From Octopus sinensis (Eukaryota), in NCBI RefSeq assembly GCF_006345805.1, contig NC_043000.1, positions 156,860,001 through 156,924,000 of the forward strand: DNA of 64,000 nt, read 5' to 3'. Of this stretch, positions 11,591 through 23,960 are shown one piece after another. Position 1 is the first letter of the stretch. Each line of letters starts with the position of its first letter. Under the pieces are notes generated by a model. It did not search any database. It had not been told where the DNA came from and saw nothing but the letters and a program-made list of their open reading frames with translations. The position numbers were made by a program, and so were the translations under genes.

Positions 11591-14500
11591 ATAACCGCAC
11601 CTTTATATTGCTTCAATTATTAAGGGCTCTCTCCTACAAAATATGTACCCCATAGCAAAATTTCAGCTATCTAGACACGAAAATGGTGCCCGCAACATTA
11701 AACATAAATAAAGCACATACTAAACATTAAAACAATAGAGTTTTCTACAACATTTTTGAGAAATAAATCAAAACCAACAATATTTCTGTTATTCCGAGTC
11801 GAGAAATGCTAACTCGACTTAGGCGAGATTTTGAGGCAGATCTTAAAAAAGGGAAACAATTAAGTACCACAAGGCGTTTTGCGCGGCGCTCTACAGATTA
11901 AGCCAGCCAACGGTTCCGGTAATTATTACAAGAATAACTAATGAAAAATTGTATAATTACATATAACACTTTATTTCAATATGAAACAAAATCAGTCAGT
12001 ACGACGCTTCACATAAAACAATGACATCAGGCGTGACGTCGTCATAGCAACAGTGAGGGGAGTTAATACAGCCAATTAATGACCCGTCACGTTTTGTTGT
12101 GTGTTCACATATAATATTCATATATATACACATTATGCACACACGTATATGCATATATATATTATATACATATTCATACATATCTGCATGTGTTTGTGGA
12201 CGTATATATATTTGCATATTATATATATTATTGTTACACATTTATTTATTTTCGTTCATTAATTAATTTTTTTTTTGTTGTCTTTTTACCTTTTAATTGA
12301 CACAAACAATATTTATACATCTGATCTCTGGGCAACAGAAATGGCTGAAGTGGGGGGAAAGTCCCAGAAACACTAGTGAATGAAGTTATGATATACTTCT
12401 GATTCCTCTCCTTATTATTTTAGTCGGATATTCTGATTCAATTTGAAATTCTCATAAACCGAAATCAGATGTTAAAAAAAAAAAAAAAAAAAATCCATTC
12501 AGATTTCAGCATTTATCTGTATTTCAATTCGATTTCATTCTTTCTTTCGATTTAACTTACAAAAGTTCAAATTTCCATCCTTCGTTTTTAAGAATCAATC
12601 CTTTGAAGTTGGGTCGGTCCGTGCTAGTGAAATAGCCTGATATTTGAACCTAAACTGAAGATGTTTCATCACCAGGAATAATATTTTGTTTATATATATT
12701 TTTTTAACGAATAACAACAGCAACAATAATGAAGATGGTTGTGTTGATGAGGCAAGTTTAATGGGAGAGAGATAAAAACAGTAATAACGATTATGAACCT
12801 TTGGTATAATTAGTGAGAAACATCTTCAGTTTAGTCTGAAAGAACGCAAGTAAGGATCGTGATAAAGCAATGGTTATCTCGGTGTGATGTCGAGGTGGCG
12901 TTACACGAAGAAAATCCGCAGACAACATGTAATATGATTACACATACTTGCCAATCGTTCTCGCGGATTCACACATCGTATGAACAGATCTTTTCTTTCT
13001 AGTTTGGTACAAGGATTTCTTTTGATTCTGGCACAGAGCCTATTTGTGTGGTAGAGGAATGTAATTGAGTGCATCGACTCCAGTACATTATATATATATA
13101 TATTTATCGAACCCCGAAGATATGAAAGGCAAAGGGCATAGTCGAATATAACGGAATCTGAACTCGGTACCGAGGCCGACATTAAAATACTTTGGAGTAT
13201 TTAATCTGGTGCTCTATTGTCACGGTCGTCTCCTTGATTTAATAAAACAGTTAAAATTCGACAGGTAGGTAAATGTTAAGAGGCTGTCGGGTTTGTGTTT
13301 AATTATACACATTTATTAGAGGTTCCTATAAAAGGAAAGTAGGAATCACCAAGGTTTTCTTTCTGTCACCCTAACTGTGTTTCTTATTTTAGATTTCAGA
13401 ACAGAATAGTATAACATCGCTATTTACCACAGTATTCGTGTCCGAAAATAAACTTTAATTTCTAAAATATTCAAGGGGTAAATATGGACTTAAATCTAAT
13501 TAAAATGGTGCCCAAGTGTTAAAAATCATTTCGAAGTCAATATAGAATTAGTGAATAGTTATTAAATAATCTTAAAAAAACCTACAAGTGAGTGTCTATG
13601 AACACAACAGTTAATCCATCAAAACGGGGTATGCACCCGAGAGTTTCGGCTTGCAAGTAAAATTACATAAAACACCAAGACTTGTACACCAATGGCGAAA
13701 AACTTTCTGTTAGGAAATAATTCCTTTCACTCATTGGAATACTTTGTCAATTTGGGAACATTTTTAGAATCTATCATTTTAGATTTACCAGAAATATTTT
13801 TGAATCTATGAACACACAAAAAACCTCGGTTGCTGGGGGGAATCTCACAACTCTTGATGGCAGTGGCATTTTAAAAATCCTACAGTACCTACCTATAAAA
13901 AACACAAAACACGAAGTACGTTGGTACGTTATGAGAAGAAATATTATCGTTTTGCGTAGGAACTTTCACCATTCCTTGAAGACCTAAAACGATATACATT
14001 TCTCCACACGGCCCACCAGTATATTATATAAAACAGCAAGGTTTCATTTGTGAACGGAAAAAAATTCGATCAACTGATTGCCCACACAATTGCAGACGTT
14101 TGAAATCTGACAAGAACTCCATGAAATAAATCGAGCGAAATTTTTGGACAATAATAGACAAGGCAGATTGGAGTGGGTCTTGTTTACTAATTATAAAAAA
14201 AATTGTAGTCAATTTATCTCATAGGAGTTTTCTTTTGCTTGTTTTAAGATTTTAAAACGCCCTAGAGAGTATTTGCTTACTGATTGCCCGTAGTGTCAGT
14301 TGATTGAGTGTTTTTCAAAAATACAAATACGATACGTTCCCCCAAATGCGACATTATACCGTAGTTAAATTTAGTATGCAGAAAACACCCCTGAAGTATT
14401 TCTTCTCAAACACACAGACACACACACAAACTACATTTTCCTATTTTTTTTTTTTTGGCCGACACAAACCACCACTAGCCTCCAAGGTCTAGGTTTTTCT

Positions 14501-14894
14501 TTTGTATACCATGTAGACCAGAACAATATATAGTACAATTATAAAATTCAAAAAGCATTGCCATATTTCGTTTTTAAATGGAAACATGTAATCTCGTCCA
14601 TTTGATTAAATGTCTTAATAATAAATAGATTATCGATTGATTGAACGAATGTAAAAAGGGGAGTGAACGGAGAGGATCAGAGCAAAGAACTTGTTTATAT
14701 CAATCTAAGTGTGTTTTATGCACTAGTGAAAAAAGTTCGGCCTCTGGTAAAAACTAAATCTACGTACAATTATATTCACAGCACAAATATCTTTTCCAAA
14801 AGATAAAATAAATAATGAGGAAAAAAAAAATCTAATTTGTTTCCTAAAAGTTCTCAATACGTGGGTGAGTCCAACAGGCAGTGTAATAAGTCAG

Positions 14895-14940
14895 TTTATT
14901 TGTAGGGGTCGGGGTTGGTAAGGGATTGGGTGGGAGTTTT
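14895..14940 (-). terminator. Candidate distal poly(A) signal of Tribbles with an upstream C-rich element
   Basis: Minus-strand AATAAA at 14900-14895 directly after a C-rich tract, with U-rich sequence downstream. More proximal AATAAA at 17721-17716 and 15670-15665. Confidence 0.3.
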
Positions 14941-15112
14941 TTTCTCCTTTTTTTTTTTTGGCAGTATATCAAGGTCACTCTGAAGAAAAAAGTGTGTGTT
15001 TGGGATTTTTTTTTTTTTTCAGATATACACTAACACGGTATTTGCACCACCATACATATTTAGATAACAAATATGTGTGTGTATATATATATATATATAT
15101 TATACATACATA

Positions 15113-15145
<33 letters not shown>

Positions 15146-17168
15146 TATACATACAAAAACATTACATTTTACCCTATCCCAACTTCATTACATATTAAAA
15201 CCAATAAGTTGATTATGAAACTAATGAAAAAGGGAAGAAAAAAAAAGAAAAATATATCAAAAGAATGTAATTTCTGTACACACTTTTTTCTATACATTTT
15301 TGTTTTGGGAAAATTTTGGAAAGGTGGGGCAGGATGAAAGAGACGAAGGGCAAAGTTTATAAAAGAACCCATATTTAAAAGACAATGGTTAACAATGAAT
15401 GTTTTGTTTGTTTTATATTCAGATAGTTGCCAAATGTTCTGTTATTTAGTGGTGTGGCTAATATATTACCCACTGTTAAATTGGCAGTAGAGCAGGTTGC
15501 TGTAAGCAGAACCATTGTGAGAGAAAAGGAGAGAAGAACAGTAGTCTGGTGGCTTGGAATACCATTTTCTTCAAGACAGGTGAATCATTGATTGCTGTGC
15601 ACGTTGAACACCAGTAAGCCTAGTAGTATCAAGTGGGTTCTTCTAACTCCCTCACCTCTGCACTTTTATTTTATCAGCAGTTACAAATATATATAGAAAT
15701 AAAAATCTTTATATGGAGTTTCTATAGACATTCTGTGAATATCTGGTAATGCTTTAACTCCCATTTTGTGTCAGACTGAAGGACTTGGAACAAATGGAAC
15801 AATAATTCAGGTAACTAACATAAACCATCAAAAAGATAGCTTATTGAAATATTGCGCTTTGTTTAACTCCCACAGAGTTACCTGTGGCAAAATATCGTGA
15901 GAAAGTTAAGTCATCAACACCCATCCAGCAGCAAATCTAGTTAGCTAAATTAATTAAAATACACTAATTACTAGCAAGTTGTGTTGCAGTCATCTGCAAC
16001 AGCACTTGAAGGTGAGCCACAAGTTCAATATTCACAACACTAGCAAGAAATCTTAAATGGACAGTATCAGAAATTTGTAACTACACAGGGTTAAAACTTA
16101 GAGAAGTGGCTCACCAGGTTGTTCTGTTAACAAAAGAGCAATGTTTATCATGTGTGGAATAATTGCATGTTATCAGTCATGTGGTGTAATTATATATGTT
16201 ATTAGTTTTGCAATTAAAATACATTATGCACTAATTAATGCCAGCCATTATATTCTTCCTGATGCTTCAATTGACATTTAATTTATAAATTCATAGCTCA
16301 CGAATCCATCGTTTCTGTTACAAATATCACATTGATTGCACAGTGTACATGTAGTGGAAACACAAAGCTCAAATTTTGAGAAGGTATTAAACACACTCAG
16401 CTTCTGCTTCTCACGTGATGAACTACATATTCTGTCCATGAAACTCATTTGCAAGCAAGATTGGATTATGGGGAGTTAAGGGCATTTGCCTGGGACAAAT
16501 CATACCGCTGGTGAGTAGAAATGAACTATCAACCCATTTGATTGGCCAATGCTCTATCTTTTTCATCATTCGCAACTTTGTATTACTAGGAGAGTAGGAA
16601 TGTTTGTGAAAGGGTTGCATGTGAATCAGAGCACAGCTTTTATAGTTTGATACCCTTCATGATACTGAATAACATGTTTCTAAAAAAAAATCTTGTTTAA
16701 CCAAACTGTGCTAACTAGAAGCAGAAAATATATGAAATATATACATATATCTTCCAGAGGATAATGTGAAAATGACTGCAAGATAGAATTAGTCCAGAGT
16801 ATACACAGGTCCATATATATACTGTAGAATACTACCTATATAAAAGGTGTTTGTAATCTGATAAATTAATATGCTCAGTGATGTAAAAAAAAGTGTGTTG
16901 AGTACAAAACTCCAAAAGTGAATCTATAGATATAAAAGTACAATCTACTTTTATAGACATAAGCAAAGCTGTCAAATACCTACAAAAGACTAACTATTGA
17001 GAAGAGTTTGAGATAGATGAAGGAACATATCTTACTTAAGTATGAAACCCCAGATGTATAAATGAAGGAGTAGTTAGAGTATGAGAAGTTGCCACACTGA
17101 TGTCTTTCAAATGAAGCGGATTATCAAAATATAAAAAAGAAATCTCAGTGGAAGGAGAGGGGGGAAAA

Positions 17169-17199
<31 letters not shown>

Positions 17200-18233
17200 A
17201 TGAAGTGGAGGTGATAGAATAAAATCAATAAAACAGAACAAAAAACCCACCCCCTGAAGAATAAATGAATATATATATATGGTCTGTTTGGTCAGGAAAT
17301 GATCCGTTTCTGACTATTCTGAAGATCCACCATTCACAAATATGTATAGGCATTGAGGTGAGATGAGGCAAGGTCAAGGTGATATGAGAAAGACATGCAA
17401 AAAACACCAGCTAAATTAGCAGGCAAAGGGACAAGGAGCATTGTGGACGGACTCCCTCCCACAAGAATGGTAAAGCCAGTTAGTAGGGATCCTTATCACT
17501 TAGAACTGTCACAGACAATAGAAATCTCTTAATGTAAAGAAATAACAGTGATGAGGTAATAATATATATACTAATCTGACCAAGTTTTGGGTGAAACAGA
17601 GAGAAAGCACGCATAGAGAAAGAGAGAAGAGCAAGAAAAAATTTTAATTTATCAATTTTATTTGAAAAAATAAATATCCAGAATTTTCTTTCCATTTAAA
17701 TAATAATAATAATAGTTTATTAAAAAAAAAAAAAAGATAATACTATTTTAAATCAGAATTGATTTTTGTCTTTTTTAGTTTAATGCCCTTTATGGTCTTT
17801 TGCAATTTCTGTTGTCATCTGATTGGTTGAGATAACATTACAGTTGGTTCTTGAGTTAGGAGGGGGGAGTCTCCTGAAAATGTTTGCTTGCTCTCTCTCT
17901 CCCTCTCTTGCTCCTTCTTGTGTCTTTACACCCACACTGAGCCTATCACGGTTGTTCATACCCAATAATAGACAAGGAAAAAAAAAACAAAAAAGAGAAA
18001 GCTACTCGGAATGAAGATGTAAATGAAGGTGTGTGTGTGTGTGTATGTGTGTGTAGTTGACCCAGGGAAACTGCTCCTGAAGGTTGAGTGGAGAGGAATA
18101 TCTTGATGATTTCCTTACAGTTGGAGAAAGAGAGAAGAAAATATAATCTACATTCCCCGCCAAATAAAAACGTTAATTTTTTGTTTAAATTCTTAGGAAA
18201 AAAAGATCCTAAATAAAAAAAGAAAAAATTTTT

Positions 18234-18717
18234 TCAGTCAAATAAATCATCTTTTAATTCTGTTAATTTGATATTTGGGACGGTCTGATCTGTTGTCTGT
18301 CTTCGGTCAACACATGTTTGGCTGACCGAACTACTTGGCCAATGGCCGGCAAGCCAAGGATGTAATAGAGAAACATCGGCAGTAAGTCTTTGAGTAGGAT
18401 CGCGCCGTAACATGTTACGAATTAGACATTTGGCACCTGATGAAAGAATGTCTGGCAGTGAATACTGCCCTCGACGGATCTTGCCGAATAGAGCACTGGG
18501 CTCAGTATCATGGAAAGGGTAACGGCCGATAATCATGGTGTATAACATGACGCCAAGGCTCCATATGTCTGCTGCTTTGCCAGAGTAACTTTCAGTTGCG
18601 GTACTGAGAATTTCAGGGCTCACATAGGCAGGACAGCCATGTTTGTCTGTTAACCTGTCGTCTGATTCATCTTCAAGAAGGCAAGCATCTTCAAGTCCTT
18701 CTAATAAGAGATGTGTC
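18234..18717 (-). CDS. TRIB2: Tribbles pseudokinase, coding exon 3 (last)
   Basis: Acceptor ctttttcctctag|G completes AAG (Lys). Motifs GLEDA (in place of DFG), DKHGCPAYVSPE, SGKAADIWSLGV, HPW and a C-terminal DQTVP resembling the COP1-binding motif. Stop TGA at 18236-18234. Confidence 0.97.
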
Positions 18718-19820
18718 CTAGAGGAAAAAGAAAAGGAGTATAATAATAACCAATTCATATTGTATCCACAAAACAATTACATAGTTCATACTTAGATTAT
18801 TTAAATCATATTTCTACACAGCAACTGACAACGCGGAAGGATATTGATAAAAAAAAACATAAGAAAAACTGCCTAAATTTCTTGCAATATAATGCAACAT
18901 GAAGATACACAGAAGGATCGAGACCTAATCAACACACACACACCGATATGTAAAACAAAAAGATGGGGTACGATGTTGATTATCGATCTTCGGTAGGAAA
19001 AACAAAACATCCTTTAATTCTTGCTTTTCACAGATCTGTGTCATTTGAGTTTGTGAGAGTCGTTTCACTAAACATAAGATCAAGATCATTGGCTGACAAT
19101 ATAAACCATCAAGTTTTCCTAACGTTCTTTTAACAGCTAATATGAAGTCACATTTAAGAACAACAACAATATTAGTACTACTGCTTCAGTGAAAACCAAG
19201 CACTTGGTTTCAACTGTGCTATATTCCTGGTGATAACATTTTAAGCCTTGGTCACTTTTCTTACCAATCAACCAGCCAGCTAGCCAACTAACCAACACAA
19301 GCTAAGGCACTAAGATACAAGTGAAGGGTCATGGTAAACAATAGACTCTCTCCCCAATGAATTTTAGCAGGAATAGAGTTCATAAATGATGAGAAATGAG
19401 GTTTGGTCACATGTAGAAGATAACATTTGAGGTATTAGCGGTCCCAGGAGGAGGAAAAGTGCATTAGACTTAACACATACACACGCATGGCAATGTAGAT
19501 AAAGTCTATAGTCAATTATGGTGGTAGTAGTGGTGTAGTAGCTAAACATTACACATACTAAAAACCTGGCATACATAGTTACAAAGTTCATTCAACCAAC
19601 CTTGGATGGACACAATCAATAGAATTAACTGATCCCAGTATATTACTGGTATTTGTTTTACAGATAAAGGTAAAAATGGTGGAGTTGGTCCTGGTAGAAT
19701 TTGAACTCACACTATAGAGGATACAAAAATGCTTTATTGCAGTTGTCTATCTCTCAGTTATCTCTGTTCAAGCAATTACTGTTTTTACCAGTTTCCTGGT
19801 CTTTAGTAATAATAATAATA

Positions 19821-20027
19821 ATCCCTTCTATTATAGGCACAAAGCCTGAAATTAAGGGGAGGGGGATAGTCAATTACACCAATTCCATTACTCAACTGGT
19901 ACTTAATTTATTAACCCCAAAAGGATGCAAGGTAAAGTTGACCTCAGCGGGATTTGAACATAGCGATGGGCAAAATACTGCTAAGCATTTCGTCTGGCGT
20001 GCTAACAATTCTGCCAGCTCACTGCCT
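19821..20027 (-). mobile_element. SINE family B in Tribbles intron 2 (a second decayed copy lies at about 20050-20240)
   Basis: Family B head and (ATT)n tail. Confidence 0.75.
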
Positions 20028-20245
20028 TAATAAGAATAATAGTGGTTAAAACTTTGAAACAAGGCTAGGCATTAGAGCGGTAGGAGTAAATTGATCACAT
20101 CGACTCCAGTACATGACTAATACTTATTTCTATCAACCCTCGAAGGATGAAAGGCAACATCAACTTTGGCTGTATTTGAACTCAGAATGTAAAGAACTGG
20201 AAGAAATGTTGAGGCTCTAGCAATTTCTTCATCTTGCTGTCTTTA

Positions 20246-20467
20246 CCCTTTTGTTACCAGCCCGGCCAAAACCGGTTCTGGCTCTGTAGTACAAATGTCT
20301 TGTTTTCATAAGTTTTGCATTAAAATATGCCACCAAACCTTAGTCGCAATTTATATACCTAACACAAGCTGAATGATAACTGAGTTATTTTACTAAATTC
20401 TTTGTTATATTTAAAATTAACTGAAAGAAACTCAGAGCATCTCAGAATAAATACAGTAATGAAAGGG
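20246..20467. mobile_element. piggyBac-like MITE
   Basis: Termini CCCTTTTGTTAC ... GTAATGAAAGGG; TTAA on the right and TTTA on the left. Confidence 0.6.
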
Positions 20468-20655
20468 TTAATATCTATAATCAATCTGATGATTAAGATT
20501 TCTATTTTTGCCATAAACCCTCAAAATTCATAGAAGAGTGCTACAACATGTAAATTCAATTCCAATATATTATTGGTACCAACTGAGAATAAGATAACAA
20601 TAATAATGGTAACAACAACAAAAATGATGATGGTGGTAAACATTTTGAAACTTAC

Positions 20656-20948
20656 TTTTCTGGATCGGCAAAGACAAACTTGCGAAGCTTGAGATCACGC
20701 AGTACAACTCCATGTTCATGGCAGTGCGCTACAGCCTCCACCACTTGTCGGAACAAACGACAAGCCTCGGCTTCTTTCAACCGTTTCTTTTGCCGCACGT
20801 ACGAGTGCAGGTCACCATAGTTGGTTTTGAAAAACAGGTAGACGCCATTCTTGTCGAGTATCACCTCTTCCACTCCTGATATGTTCGAATGGCAGTCCAC
20901 CTGCCAGTATGTACTAAGCACCTCTCGATACCGTTCAACAGGAAACAC
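20656..20948 (-). CDS. TRIB2: Tribbles pseudokinase, coding exon 2 (VFPVERY...LRDLKLRKFVFADPE)
   Basis: Acceptor tttgtctcttacag| and donor AA|GTAAGT; 293 nt, phase 0 to 2. Contains the Tribbles catalytic-loop signature LRDLKLRKF and YGDLHSYVR. Confidence 0.96.
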
Positions 20949-22515
20949 CTGTAAGAGACAAAGAAATAAAAATAAATAGACAACACTTCTATAATTAAAT
21001 CGTGGGTTATTGGCAAAGTCATAGAACAGAATGTTTTCTTACACCATTTTCTAGACTTGATTCCAAGACATTCTGTTATCATACCTCTGTCCAGGGGCTA
21101 CTCTAACCCTTGTGCTTAAGTTAGAATTTATTATTATAACAATGGATTAGTAGAATTGTTAGGTTCCAGGGTTGAGTTTAATTTGGCCGTTCATCCTTTA
21201 CAGATTGGTTTAACTGAAAAACCTTCGCCTCAAACTTATGGTCTAGTGTATATATTGTGTTGTAGACTCCGAATTCAGGTTCTTTTTATTATATCCTATC
21301 TTCACCACAGGTATATATTGAGCTTTTAGGCAAAGCACTTAACAACCTTTATATTCTTTCTCTATAAGCTAAAACTCCGATAAATCAAATTGCATGCCAA
21401 AGCAGGATTTCCAACTCCTTGAAGGTTAAATGAAAGTCATTGAACACATGTAGACTATGCATAATGTTATATATTCTAAAATAAATACTGGATAATTGTT
21501 ATATATTTTGCACATTCTACATGATTCAATTAAAGAGAATCTTCCATATGTATGAAAGAAATATAAATAGCAGTCCTCCTAATGTATATGTAAGGGGCTA
21601 CTATCCACACACGGAAAAATTTCTATACCAACCAGCTCCCAGAATAAAAGTGAGATACAATAAATACAAGGGGATTAAGGGATTATCTTGAATCCCTCTT
21701 AAACCTGGACAGCTGCCCACCTATAATCCCATTGTCTATCGCAAACATGGATTTATATTTATATACAGTGTATAAGTGTGTATCTTTAAAAAACTGAACA
21801 AAACAATAGAGATTTCATCAACTCTTTGCTGATGGTGCTTTGAGGGGTTTAAAAAAAAAGGTACAAAAATCTATTAAAGGGCCAAGAATAGAGATGGCAG
21901 AGGGAGAGAAAAGATGAGTAAGAGATAATATAGGTTTATTAAACCAAATAAAAAATAGGAACAAAAGACACACAATCCTTTTAAAGTATTTATTAATCAA
22001 TGTTCATATTAAAATCAAATGTATAAGTGTAGGAAAGGATGATGGTGGCAGCACTGGTAGTAAGTGATGCAGAGATGAGTATTGTGCCCAAGGGAGGGGT
22101 GGAAGTGGAGAATGACTACCACTGTACTGAGTTAGGGTTGGTGGTGGTTTAAGACCAGTAATGCCACCTGCTGCAACTTATGACGATGACGATGATGATA
22201 CATCGGAATAAGTACATCAAACAACTGTGTGAAATGAAATGAAAGAACAAAAAAAATAAAGAGAGAATATAATGAAAGAATATAATGATGTGATGTGAGT
22301 AATAATCTGTGTGAAATGACTGAATGTATTTATTGAGTTTGGTTTTATTGTTGTTGTTGTTGTTGTAAGTCATCTGTATTGCAAGTATACTGGTAGGGGT
22401 GGTGGTGGGTGGGGGGAAGGCGAGGAATGGAATGGAAAGACAGACAAATATAGAAACTCCGCAGAATGTAGAGAGATATGTAGAACGAAAAACAAAAAAA
22501 AGGAAGAGGGTCAAA

Positions 22516-22945
22516 TGGAGAGAGAGAGAGAAAGAGAGAGAAAGATAGAGAGATAGTTAGAGAGATAGAAAGATAGAGATAGAAAGATAGATAGAGAGAG
22601 AGATAGATAGAGAGAGAGAGATAGATAGAGAGAGAGAGATAGATAGAGAGAGAGAGATAGATAGATAGATAGAGAGATAGATAGATAGAGAGAGAGAGAT
22701 AGATAGAGAGAGAGATAGAGAGAGAGATAGAGATAGAGAGATAGAAAGAGAGAGATAGAGATAGAGAGATAGAAAGATAGAGAGATAGATAGATAGTTAG
22801 AGAGAGAGATAGTTAGAGAGAGAGATAGTTAGAGAGAGAGAGAGAGAGATAGAGATGAGGAGAGTGACATGTGGAGAGATTTAAAGATATTTAGAGAAAG
22901 AAATGTAAAAGGAAAAAGATTGAGAGAGAGAGAGAGAGTATGCGT
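22516..22945. repeat. (AG)n/(AGAT)n compound microsatellite
   Basis: Direct reading. Confidence 0.9.
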
Positions 22946-23183
22946 GTTGGAGAAGGGAGAAAAAGAACGAGATGAGGGGTGAGAAAAGTGGGGGAGGAGG
23001 AAGGAGGGAGAGAGGGAGAGAATAAAGGAGATTAATGATTCCTTCAGCTTCCCTAATATTAGCATCTCATGTGAGGTCTTCTTTCCACATCAGTTGCCGC
23101 TGTCATCTGTTGAGTCACAAATAAACATAGAAACACACACACACAACTACTTCTGACTTGATGAGAGCCACGAAGGAAGGATG

Positions 23184-23249
<66 letters not shown>

Positions 23250-23637
23250 AGTAAGAGAGAAGTGGGATGGCGACAGAGGATGATTATGTTAAAGGAAATA
23301 AAGAAACAATACTAGTATAGGGATAGATTATCGATCAGGGAAACTAAAACCCAACTGCAATAGAAAATTTTTTTTTTTTAATGAGAGAGAGAGAGAGAGT
23401 GTGTGTGTGCGTGTGCGTGCATGTCTGTGTGTGAGTGTGTGCGTGTGTGAGAGAGAGAGAGTGAGAAATATGGGGATAGAGGTAGGTTAGACAAACATAT
23501 CTTGCTTGCTGCTGAAATCCAAGTTAACTTCTCCACCTACTTCCTTCTCTTTAAGACAGGGAGCTTAGCTGGCTGGCTTTTAGGAGTAGGTAACTAAGCA
23601 GGTAGAAAAAGGTAAGGAAGAAGGGAATAGTTTTACA

Positions 23638-23668
<31 letters not shown>

Positions 23669-23880
23669 TAAAGCAGTGGTGGTGGTGGTGGAGGAGGAGG
23701 GGGAAGGGTGCAATGAAGAACGTTCTACAGGTAAGCTGCTGTTGCAATAGCGTTGTTGCTTCGGAGGATATCAGCATTGTTGTTGTTGCTATGAGGCAGA
23801 AATCAATTATATCTCCATCGTCCAACATTGGAAAGAAGCAAGAGTTAGCAATAAAGTGCAGAACAAGAGAAGAGCTAGGC

Positions 23881-23960
<80 letters not shown>

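Noticed and set aside
13900-14210. Possible second Tc1/mariner relic
   Set aside because: Only a faint resemblance to transposase motifs; too decayed to support.
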